Assembly (NCBI GenBank): GCA_951406725.2
Contig: OX597822.1
Location: 45,942,001-46,006,000 of the forward strand
Origin: Octopus vulgaris
Taxonomy: Eukaryota
Length of the DNA stretch: 64,000 nucleotides
Direction of reading: 5' to 3'
Of the stretch, positions 52,871-64,000 are shown in pieces (position 1 is the stretch's first letter; each line of letters begins with the position of its first letter). Below the pieces are notes generated by a model. It was not told the DNA's origin. It ran no database searches and worked only from the letters and a program-made list of their open reading frames with translations. The translations under genes and the position numbers were made by a program.

Positions 52871-54914
52871 CACATGACCTCCCCACCTCACTCTGTATGC
52901 ATGTGTGTGTGTGTGTGTGTGAGTAAATGTTCAGCCGTCATTTATTTTGAAAATGACCAGATTAGCAACTTTTCTCTTTGCGGGTCTTGAGATGGTTTAT
53001 CAGGCATAAAATCCACGGTTACAGTGGCGGCAGATAATAGCAAAATCAGGACTCGGTGGGACTCTTGCTTACCATGTAGAAGACCTCTTCTCTTTTGTTT
53101 CTCTGATCATACATACATACATATATGTATATACACTCCCTCTCTCTCTCCCTCCTTTTGTGTGAAAAGTCTAATTTGACAAACTGTCAATAATAATCCT
53201 CTCTACTATAGGCATAAGGCCTGAAGTTTTTTTGGGAGGCAGGGATAGTTGATTATATCAGCCCCAGTGCTGCACAGCTAATTCATGCCATCAACACCAA
53301 AAGGATGAAAGGCAAAGTTGACCTCGGCAGAATTTGAACTTAGAACATGAAGACTAATAAAATACTGAAATATTGCTAAGCATTTCGTCTGGCACACTGA
53401 TGATTCTGTCAGTCTGCCACTTTACAAATTTTCAATAATAATATAAACTAAATATATAGAGAGATTTTCATACTGAACTCTGTAAAGAAAATTCTAGATT
53501 TCTGCAAGATAAGGTGTCTTCTACTTTGTAAAAAAATTATCTGGTAAAAACAAATGTTCTTCACTAGTTTCTATATGTTATTGTATGTTTATTTTTTAAT
53601 ATGAATAAATTCTCTCCCTAAAATAGTTTTTGGTTCATTTAATGTCCTATGAAAATAATAGTGTTAGAAAAAATATAGGTTTGGATCTGCAACTTTTTCA
53701 AAAATTATACAAGAATTCGGCAATGAAATAATCTGGGGATTTGCTGTACTATGTCATAAGCATCACTTGATAGAGTTAATTAACATTGTTTAATGGTAAT
53801 TAAGTCTTTATTTTCCAGTATCAAATGAAGAAATTAACAAAACAGAGCCATATAACTTTTAAGCTCTAAAGATTCTAAATAATGAAATATGTAGAAGGAG
53901 GATTCTTATTGTGAAGTCATTACAAAGACCCAGCGTTCAGTAAAAGGAGAGTGATAAGTATAAAGATTTTTATGTATGTATGTGTTTGTGTGTATGGGTG
54001 GGTGAGTTTGTACAGTGTGTGTGTGTGTGTGCATATATATATGTATACTTTATTATAATTAAAGCTGCAAAAACATAACAAAAAACTGCTACTCAGAGTT
54101 TCACATTCCCATTCGTCGGACAATAAAGCATATTACTCTACCTATGGTATTTGAGGACTGTTTTTTCCCCATTTTGTTTCACATTTACATGCTTACTTTG
54201 GTGTGTATATATATACACACACACACACACACACAGCATCCAACCTATAAAGGACAGTGGCAGGACGGATTAAAAAGATCATTGTACAAAATAAAGAATT
54301 ATACCAATTCCATCTTCTGTTTACTTAATTGATCATTACCTCAACTAATATTGTGGAATTCTTGCTCTAGTCCACTCAGCTGGCAAAAGTGAGTAGTACT
54401 TGTATTTCAAAGGGCCAACCTTGTCACACTTTGTTACACTGAATCTCCCTGAGAAGTATGTTAAAGGTACAGGTGACTGTAGAGTGTTCGGCCACTTGCA
54501 TGTAAATTTCACAAGCAGGTCATTCTGTTGATTGGATCAGCTGGAACTCTTGTCATCGTAACCGACGGAGTACCTCCTATGTATATAAGTACAGGCATGG
54601 GTAAATGGTAAAGAAGCCCACTTCTGAACAATGTGGTTTTGGTTTTGCATGCACTGCACAGCACCTTGAGTAAGTGCTTCCTGCTATAACTTAAGACCTG
54701 AAATTCTGGTGGAGGGGGCTTGTCAGTTACAAAGCACAAAGCCTCAAATTTTGGGGAAGGGATTAAGTCAATTACACTGACCCTAGTGTGTAACTGGTAC
54801 TTATTTAATCAACCCTGAATGAAAGCAAAGTTCACCTCGGCAGAATTTGAACTCAGAACACAACAACAGACAAACTACTGTGTCACCTTAATAATAATGA
54901 ATAGTAAAAAATCA

Positions 54915-55395
54915 CAATAAAACATGTCTGTTTATAGATATGTCAATCCCAGCAGACTGCAACTCTTCTGTAAAAAACATTTGATAAGTAAATATAAGGC
55001 CCTTGAGAAAGGGGTCTAAGAAATTGTGGCATCTAATGACAACAACTGTACCTGTGATTATCGCAGCTTTTGGGACAATACCAAAAGTTGCTATGGCTGG
55101 ATATCAGGAAAACCCAAGGTATCAGAACAACAAAGATATTGTTCTTATGGATACTGCCCACATCTTAAGAAAAACATTGTCAACTTGAAAAAAAATAATT
55201 CTAATCAAAGTCTTTCAAAACTGAAATATTACAAATTTAACAGAATCTTAATTTTCACATTCTCGTCTCCTTCCTGTACAACATATCATTGCTAATCATA
55301 AATAACATCTACAGTAAAATGTCTGATTTGCTGTCACTTGAGGTCTCTAGATGAGACTTGAAACAACTGGTACAAAACAAAGCAACAATAATGTA
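54915..55395 (+). mobile_element. R4/Dong-like (RLE) LINE 3' fragment
   Basis: Decayed CLFIDMSIPAD...KLWHLMTTTVPVIIAAFGTIPK...DTAHILRKTLS. Confidence 0.65.
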
Positions 55396-55729
55396 AATAC
55401 CGATGGACTTTCCCATCAAAGATGGTGCAAGAGCGTTCAGCGTTTTGCCGAATGACCTGCACAAATGCTTTGTTTAAAGTAACCAAATGCATGTGCCACA
55501 CGTTAGCTCACTCTGTCCATCAAATTTACATTGTTTGAACAGGTGCACTGTGTACCATGTGTCAGGTGTCAAAGTGATCGCAAAGCAATGTGAGATTAAG
55601 TGTTTTGCTCAAGAACAAAACATACCACCTGATCTAGGAACTGAAACTATGATCCTGAAATTGTGAGGTCATAACCCTAACCATTAAGCCATGCACCCTC
55701 TAAATGTAAATAACAATAACAATAATAAT

Positions 55730-56310
55730 AAATGCCCTGATGCAGTAACAGGCAGTGGCTCTTGATCTTAACTGATTGGAAATGTTATCATTTACATTGT
55801 TTTGTCTTGGTATAAAAGATAGGTTACTGCAAATATTTTGCTCATTACCACAGATTTGCTTGTCAGTTGTTTGACCTTAACCAGTTGAGCATGTCCCTTA
55901 GTGGCTGACAATATGTGCATCTCTGATCACGAGCAGAAGTAATGAGGGAGCATCATAGCTATATGTTGAGAGGGATTCTTTGGGGTTTGAATAATTCACC
56001 TCTGAAAACTTGGGTGTTTTGTTCAACATCCTTAAACAACCCTTATTCAGGGACCTTTTGAGCGGGATGGGTTACTCGACCAGAATAAAATTCTAACTGG
56101 GCCCCACCTGCAAGGTTATGTGCTGTTTATCTTGATATGAGGTCACCATGTCGTGCACATATGGTTGTGATGCATGCGCCTAGTGTACCCTTATCAGACG
56201 GGTAGTCATGATGGATATACTGAGCTTCGAATATTTTACTCCAGTGTCACTTTGATGGCATGCACTGCTCTCTCACTCAATAATAATAATAATAATAATA
56301 ATAATTATTA
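55730..56310 (+). repeat. Interspersed repeat with (TAA)n tail; second direct copy at 58012-58530
   Basis: Colinear similarity over ~520 nt between the two copies. Confidence 0.8.
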
Positions 56311-56620
56311 TTATTATTATTATTATGATGTTTAATATGACACATGGCTACAAATATGTGGAGGGCTAAAGTTGAATGAATTGATCTCAGTACCTAGCTG
56401 GTACTTCTATATACTTGCACAACTACTAGAAATAGCAACCAAAGCTTCATCAGGAAGGTATTGTTTACTATATCTATCTGTATCATGTTGTACAGCTACG
56501 AGAGGCTCTATTTACTTTACACATTTGCAACATTTTGCAAGGTGGAGAGATGTACTGCTCATTGTACTTATGTTTACCATGTGACTCTATGACTCTGTTA
56601 GAAGTGGCTGATACACTTAC

Positions 56621-56712
56621 TTGATATAATTGGCTTTTTTATCATCTTTCCAGTCTTTGTTAAGCTGATGAATTTTACAGGCAACATATCTCTGTTCTTT
56701 TAAATCAAACCC
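56621..56712 (-). CDS. TLK: TLK exon: [30 protein letters not shown](K)
   Basis: CAG/GTAAG splice sites, 92 nt, in phase with neighbours. Contains the catalytic Lys (VACK). Confidence 0.96.
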
Positions 56713-57196
56713 CTGAAACAACAAAGAAAATAACAAGAATTATTATTATTACTAAGAAAATAAACAAAAATTTAATTATTATTACCAAAAGACATGATGA
56801 TGATGATGGTGATGTCAGTGGTTGTGGTGGCAGCAGCAGCAGTAGTTTTTTCTTTTATAGGCACAAGGCCAGAAATTTTAGAGGTGAGGCATAGCAGAGT
56901 CAACCTTTTGAACGCAGAATGTAAAGATGGACAAAATGCCACTAAGCATTTTATCCAGCTCATCACATAATAATAACAATGATCCTTTCTACTAAAGGCA
57001 CAAGGCCTGGAATATTGGGAGAGGGGACTAGTCGATTACATCGACCCCAGTGCTTCACTGGTGCTTAATTTATCAACCAAGAAAGGTTGAAAGGCAAAGT
57101 CGACCTCAGTGGAGTTTGAACTCAGAACATAGCAGCGGGCCAAATACCGCTAAGCATTTCATCCAGTGTCCTAACGACTGCCAGCTTACTGCCTTC

Positions 57197-57232
<36 letters not shown>

Positions 57233-60200
57233 GTAATGCTGAGAAACCCCCTTTAGTAATGACTGACTGTGGGATTGCACCTAGAAATTTACCCTCCCAG
57301 GCACAAGTCCGGGCAACATTGTTTATGGAAGACCAGCAGTCGCCCATGCATACCAGCCTCCCCTCTCCATGCCACCAGTGTTTTCCAAGGGAAAGGCAAA
57401 GGCCAATACAGCTTGGCACCTGTGACGTCGCAACTCATTTCTACAGACGAGTGAACTGGAGCAACATGAAATAAAGTGTCTTGCTCAAGAGCACAACACG
57501 CAGCCTGGTCCGGGATTCAAACTCACAACCTCATGATCGTAAGCTCAACGCTCTAACCACTGAGCCATGCGCCTTCACAATAATAGTAATAATAATAACA
57601 ATAATAATAGTTGGGGACAGCTAGGATTTTTGAGACTGATACTTGGATTAGTAATCGAGTATCAAAGGTTATAATGTGCCGAAAGAGACCCTGTGAGACC
57701 TCTGATATCAGGCTGCTGTTGGCTCTCACAGAATCGACCAGAGCAAACAAGACTGAGCACTCTGAGTAGTAAAACAACAACAATAATAATAATGGTTTCA
57801 AATTTTGGCACAAGGTCAGCATGTTCAGTGGATGGTGCTAGTCGATTTCATCAACCCCAGTATTCAACTGGTACTTATTTTATTGAGCCCAAAACGATGG
57901 AAGATGAACTCGACCTTGGCAGAATTTGAACTCAGGATGACAAAATGCTATAAGCATTTTGCCTGACGTGCTAACTATCTTGCCAGCTTGACACCTTATA
58001 ATAATAATAATAAATATCCCTGATGCAATGCTAGGCAGTAGCTCTCATGGCTTTTGATCTTAAGTGTTGTCTGGGTATAAAAGATGGGCTACAGCAAATA
58101 TTCTGTTCAATACCACTGATTTGCTTGACCATAACCAGTTGAGCATGTCCCTTACTGGTTGACAATACGTGCACCTTTGATGACAAGCAGGAGTATTGGG
58201 GGAGCATCACAGCCATGTATTGTTGGGGATTCTTTGGGGTTTAAATAAATCACCCCTGGAAACATAGGTGCTTTGTTCATCATCCCTAAACAACCCTTAT
58301 TCAAGGACCTTTTGAGTGGGATGGGCTACTCAATCTGAAGAAAATTCTAACTAGGCATCACCTGCAGGGTCATGTGCCGTCTATCTCGATATGAGGTCAC
58401 CATGTCACACACATATAGTTGTGATGCATGTGCCTAGTGTACCCTTATTAGATGGGTAGTCATGATGAGTATATTGAGCTTTGTGGTCACTTTCATGGTG
58501 TGCACTGCCCTCTCACTCAGTAACAGTAATAATATACTTAGCACTCCAGGTGAAATGCTTAGCAGTATTTCGTCTGTCTTTACGTTCTGGGTTCAAATTC
58601 CATTGAGGTCAACTTTGCCTTTCATCCTTTCAGGGTCAATAAATTAAGTGCCAGTTATGCACTGGGGTCAATTTATCGATTTAATCCGTTTGTCTGTCCT
58701 TGTTTGTCCCCTCTATGTTTAGCCCCTTGTGGGCAATAAAGAAATAAGTAATAATATACAGGCATACACAGAGAAAGATAAAATTAATGTTCTAGATCTA
58801 AATTTAGCAACTCTAGAAACTAAAAGAGAAACTGCTTTTTCTTTTTTTTTTATGTGATAACATTAGTTGGTGATGTCAGATATGGTCTGGGTCAGTACAG
58901 AACCAAACTTTGTTGTATGAAATAACAATGTTTTACAAATTATTTATAGCCCACAATCATGGGCTGACATGATGAGCAATGCATGTATGTGTTTGAGTGT
59001 GTGATTGTGTGTAGGGAATGCTAAAAATGGTTGCATCATTACACAGGGAGAAAGTGAAATATTTCTTCTTTTCTTCTTTACTATTGATTGAAAGAAAGCT
59101 CGGCTGAAATTGAGACTGTTGTACACTGACAAAATGTATATCTGTATCTATATATGCTGGGTGAATCAATAAAACATCCGAACAATAAGATGTAATTCTA
59201 TTCAAGCTAATGCAAGAGAATCTCCAAGTTCTCAAAAACTCAATAATAAAACTATTAGGAGAGGGAGAGAGAGGGGGGAGAGAGAGAGAGAGAGAGAAAA
59301 GATACTCAAGGGAAATTTGAATCAATAAAGGGCCAATGTAACAAAAAACATGTTCAGGTGAAATGGTTGTGTGATTAAGATACTGGGCTGAATCCTCATG
59401 GGATATTAGAGGTAGCACTGCCTTAGGGCAGGAGCACACTAGGCTGTTGCCTGAGGCATGACAGGTATAGGGGCTCAATTCTGATTTCTTTTATGCTGTA
59501 GAGTTGCTGTCAATACATAAATACTATAGGGCCCAGACTATTGATTGGTCCTGGGGCCTATAATGTTGCTAAGACAACCCTGATTAGAGGGTTATGGAAT
59601 TAATGACAGTGCTAACGAAGGAGGGGATACTCTTTATTGCTGAAATGAATTCTGGCCACAACAGGTCAAAACATAAAAGTAGTAAAAAAATAAGGTGTAT
59701 TTTAGCTTTAGTTTAATTCACATAACGAACTCCTTAATGAATTACTACAATATGAGGAGCCATAACCCCAGTATTTAACTGGTACTTTATTTTGAGATGA
59801 AAGGTTGACCATGCCACAACTTTATCTCAGAGTCTCAAGTAACGTAACTACTTACCTCAAAGTAGCAGTTTGGTTTGCCACTCTGATCATTTTGCCAATC
59901 TAAGGGCATCCAGCTGTAGAAACTTTGCCAGATCAAATTGGAGCCTGGTGCAGCCTTTTGGCATGCCAGCCCTCAATCAAACTGTCCAACCCATGCCAGC
60001 ATGGAAAGTGGACGTTAAACGATGATGATCACTCTTTTCCCAAACAACAACAAATGTTGTTTTTCATAGGTGCAAGGTAAGCTTATACATGAACATAGAC
60101 AACTAATTCCCACAGACCTCATATTTTTATAGTTTTTGGGTTCAATCCCACTGCATGGCATCTTGATCAAATATCTTCTACGACAGACCCAAGTTGACAA

Positions 60201-61589
60201 AAGCCTTGAGAGTGGAACTGGTAGAGAATAAAAAAAGCCTAGGGGGTTAGACAACTTGCTGGAGGATACTGATAATGAAGGGGTACAGGAACTGAGGACC
60301 ATTATATGGAAGATCGAGAGTGGGGGAAAACGTGAGGAAACAGTCTTGGGGCATCCTGAGGGACAACCTAGATAGAGATAGTGGTTAGAATGTTGCACTC
60401 ACTATTGCAAGATGGCGGTTTCAATTCCCAGTCCAGGCAGCACATTGCGTTCTTGAGCAAAACACTTCAATTCACATTGCCTCAGTCTGCTCATGTGTAA
60501 ATAGGTCACACTGAGATGGACTGATGTCCCATCTACGGGAATGTTGGCCTACTTGCCTGCTTAGCCAGTGGGGTGTCATCATTTAACAGCTACAACAATG
60601 CAAAGAGGCACACTGTGTCCAGTGGTGTATCACGATAGCTGATATTTTGGTCGATGCAGTGGTAGTGATGTATGTGCGCGTGGTTATATGTTTGTGTCTA
60701 TTTTTTTGTTGGCATCGCATAACAGTTGTAAATGAGTATCACTGTCATAGAAGTAGTGTCACTCAATTCAAATACTCTGCAAAAACATGTCTGGCCATGG
60801 GGAAATATTACCTTGCTAGGAAACAGGTGAGGATTGGTAACAGGAAGGGCATCTGGCCATAGAAAATCTGCTTCAACAAACTCCGACCCACGCAAGCATG
60901 GGTTGGATGGTTTGATGGGAGTTATACCAGATTCCATCATCATCATCATTTAACATCTGCTTTCCATGCTGGCATGGGTTAGACAGCTTGACTGGAACTA
61001 GTAAGCTGCACCCAGCTCTAATTGTCTGTTGTGGGATGGTTTCTACATCTTGATGCCCTTCTTAATGCCAACCACTCTGAGAGTGTAGTGGGTGCCTTTT
61101 ACATGTCACTGGCATGGGTGCTTTCACGTATCACCATATAAATATGGCATTATGAAGGGCATCCAGCCAAAGAAACCATGCCAAATCGGACTGGAGTTTG
61201 GTGCAGCCTTACATCTTGCCAGCCCTGGTCAAACAGTCCAACTAATAAGAGCATGGACAACAGATGTTAAATGATGATGATGATATGTAAAAAAGCACTC
61301 ACTACACCCTTGGAGTGGTTGGTGTTAGGAAGAGCATCCAGGTGTAGAAACCTTGCCAGAACAAATTGGAGCCAGGGGCAGCCGCCTGGCTCGCCAGTCC
61401 TCAAACTGTCCAACCCATGCCAGCATGGAAAGCAGAAGTTAAACAATGACAATGATATATATATATATATATATATCACAAGGGGAGTTGTGTGTGTGTG
61501 TGTATGTGTGTCTTGGAGACTTTGTTGTGTGTATGACTTGTTCCCTAAACAACAAATATTGTTTCAAACACATTGTCCAAGATACTTAC

Positions 61590-61671
61590 CTTATGTACCT
61601 CACTAAAACCACCTTTTCCTAACAAACACAGCAGCAAATACCTTTCATTCAATATGGGATGATCTTTAAAT
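61590..61671 (-). CDS. TLK: Tousled-like kinase coding exon (kinase subdomain I): [27 protein letters not shown]
   Basis: Manual translation. CAG acceptor (ctg at 61672-74 on +), GTAAG donor, 82 nt. Matches TLK1/2 [27 protein letters not shown], including the Gly-rich loop. Confidence 0.96.
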
Positions 61672-62285
61672 CTGAAAAACATGTTGGAGCAATAAATTTA
61701 ATAACTCATTAGTCAAGCTAACAAAATAAACGATACTGAGGAAGAGGAATCATATTAACTTTCAAGTGAATATCTGAGTTAACGAAGTAATCATACAACA
61801 GAAGTCATTTAGTCAACATTATTATTACCATATTTCTGTTGACACTCACTGCCATGTCTCAATTAATTTTAAAAACATAAATTTCATAAATTAACTTTGT
61901 CATTATTAAGCTGGTGCTTAGAACATAAATTAGCATGGAATTTTGATGGAGGAGTTTTTCCAACTTTGATGATAATCTTTTTAAAATAGAGAGTTTGCTT
62001 TACAGAACCAAGGGCAGTTTCAGGTGGGTTGGCATCAAAAGAGACTAAAGCACATATATATATAGTTAATTCAAGGAAGCTATATCCTCATTAGGGATAT
62101 AATCCAAGGTATTCTACTGGCTAATCCCTATCATATAATATGAAACTGATGTATTATCAATATTGAAGGAAAAAGAAAATGGACATATAAATAATTTATT
62201 TGAATGTTTTAAAATGATGAAAATTTCTTATAAAAAACATAACAGTACAAATAAATTACAAGTTCTAAAGTTCAAAAAATAAAGG

Positions 62286-62402
62286 AACCTACATATATGC
62301 TTCAGTCCTATCACCTCGTTGATCAGAAGTTCTAAGCATTTAGTTAAATGCTAAGAAAGGTATCGTATTCTAACTATATGGGGGTAGGACTTCTTCAGAG
62401 TT
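62286..62402 (-). ncRNA. Type I hammerhead motif with long stem II (GAAG core variant), intronic and sense to TLK
   Basis: aact-CTGAAGA-agtccta...taggact-GAAG-catatatg-TA-ggtt. Inner hairpin agcattta/taaatgct; palindromic stem III. Confidence 0.72.
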
Positions 62403-62745
62403 AATTATGAGCTTTTGGAACTTAGGTAATCATTTTTCTTTTGAAGGATGCATACAGAATATATATATATATATGGTCAATTCAAATAAATGAAAAATAA
62501 AATTAACAATAACAGACGATGAGAGGATGTTCACAAAGAATATATTAGTAAAAAGAGAGAGATCTTGACATTTTGAGCAAAGCTCTTTATCAGAAGAGAG
62601 AAAAGGAAAAGTCCAAAGAAGGAAAAAGAATTGTCAACAGCAAGTGTGTAGTTACATCATATATCTATCTATCTATCTATATATATATAATGAATTCTGC
62701 TAAAATGGATTCATAAGCACATGTATAACATGCAAATGTATATCT

Positions 62746-62832
62746 TTTTTCCTCTGATGATATTGTGCTCATGTCACATTAATGTAAATTTAATGCTTAT
62801 AGAGTATTAATAGAAACGGCTGTAAGTGAAGA
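62746..62832 (+). ncRNA. Type I hammerhead motif, canonical core, intronic and antisense to TLK
   Basis: tttttcct-CTGATGA-tattgtgctc...gagtattaata-GAAA-cggctg-TA-agtgaaga. Predicted cleavage after 62824. Confidence 0.72.
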
Positions 62833-63729
62833 TGACCAATTTTCTGTTAATAATAAACTATTATTAACTTCCTAATCTCCATTTTCTTTTCTTCTTTTAA
62901 ATGAATATAAACTATATATATATATACATGGTGCCTGACTGGTTCCCGTGCCGGCAGCACATAAAAAATACCATTCAAGCAGCTTGGTTGATGCCAGTGC
63001 CGCCTGACTGGCTCCCATGCCAGTGACATGCAAAAAGCACTATTCAAGCATAGTTGATGCCAGTGCCACCTGATTGGCCCTCGTGCTGGTGGCACATAAA
63101 AAGTACCCATTACACTCTTGGAGTGATTGGCATTAGGAAGGGCATCCAGCTGTAGAAACCTTGCCAGATCAGATTGGAGCCTGGTGCAGCCTCCTGGCTC
63201 TCCAGACCTCAGTCACAATGTCCAACCCATGCCAGCACAGAAAGCAGACATTAAACAATGATAATGATGATATAAGATGCAAGCATGGTTGTGTGGTTAA
63301 GAAGCTTCCTTTGCAACCACTGAGTTTCAGGTTCAGTCCTACTGTGCAGCACCTTGGGAAGTGTCTTCTTCTATAACATAGGGCCAAAATTTTGGAAGAC
63401 CAAAACTGTGTGGAGCTCATGGTGTGCGTGTGTGTGTTTCTGATTGCTTGACAACCGGTGTTGGTTTCTTTGCATCCCTGTAACTTGGCAGTTCAGCAAA
63501 AGACGGTCGACAGGATAAGTACCAGATTTAAAAACAAGTACTTCAACATAGTGCCCTGGTGTGGCCACAGCCCAATGACTGAAACAAGCAAAAGATGATA
63601 GGTAAATGTTCAATAACCGAGAGATGGATGGGAAATTAAAAGAGTCTAATTCTGTATATCATGACAACCAGAAATGTTGTCTTGCATTCGTTTACAATAA
63701 ATACAGTTTATGAAATCCTTCTTCATGAA

Positions 63730-63922
63730 TACAGTAATTCCTTGCTATATCGCAGTTCACCTATCGTGGTTTATTAGTTAACCTACACCGATTCCTCCGT
63801 GGTGTTATTTGGCATTTATAATAAAATAAATATATACAAATTATAAAAATATACAGTAATGTTTCTATTTCGCAGGTGGTTGTTTAGGATGTATCACCTG
63901 TGATAGTCGAGGGATTACCGTA
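63730..63922. mobile_element. Tigger/pogo-like MITE (second copy 48863-49050)
   Basis: tacagtaattccttgctatatcgc ... gatagtcgagggattaccgta with TA target sites. Confidence 0.7.
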
Positions 63923-64000
63923 TTCCTTATTCTTGTTTATTTCTGCTTTACCAAATGCGTTTTTGTCCTAAAGAATCATAGAACTTTTACCATGTTGCCA

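Noticed and set aside
57490-57578. tRNA-like sequence
   Set aside because: It is a SINE head continuous with the SINE body; no complete cloverleaf.

Overview
AT-rich, repeat-dense animal genomic DNA. The SINE/LINE repertoire and microsatellite load suggest a coleoid cephalopod, probably Octopus (inference). The only intact protein-coding sequence I can support is the 3' half of a Tousled-like kinase (TLK) gene on the minus strand. It has nine GT-AG exons between 61671 and 41093 that join in phase to give a complete Ser/Thr kinase domain and C-terminal tail; the 5' exons lie beyond 64000. Almost all listed ORFs are microsatellite or TE artefacts. The rest is tRNA-derived SINEs, RTE/CR1/R4-type LINE fragments, mariner/pogo/hAT/piggyBac-type remnants and MITEs. 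The main hidden signal is about 15 type I hammerhead-ribozyme (HHR) motifs from at least 7 sequence-unrelated families, all with a tiny or palindromic stem III and nearly all in ORF-less elements next to (TA)n tracts. Two families form arrays of ~480-bp units with one inverted copy plus a partial tandem (21083-22850, copies >99% identical by eye; 2965-3995). This is the architecture of Penelope-like pseudo-LTRs and non-autonomous retrozymes. All folds were made by eye and no activity is shown. TE boundaries are approximate.
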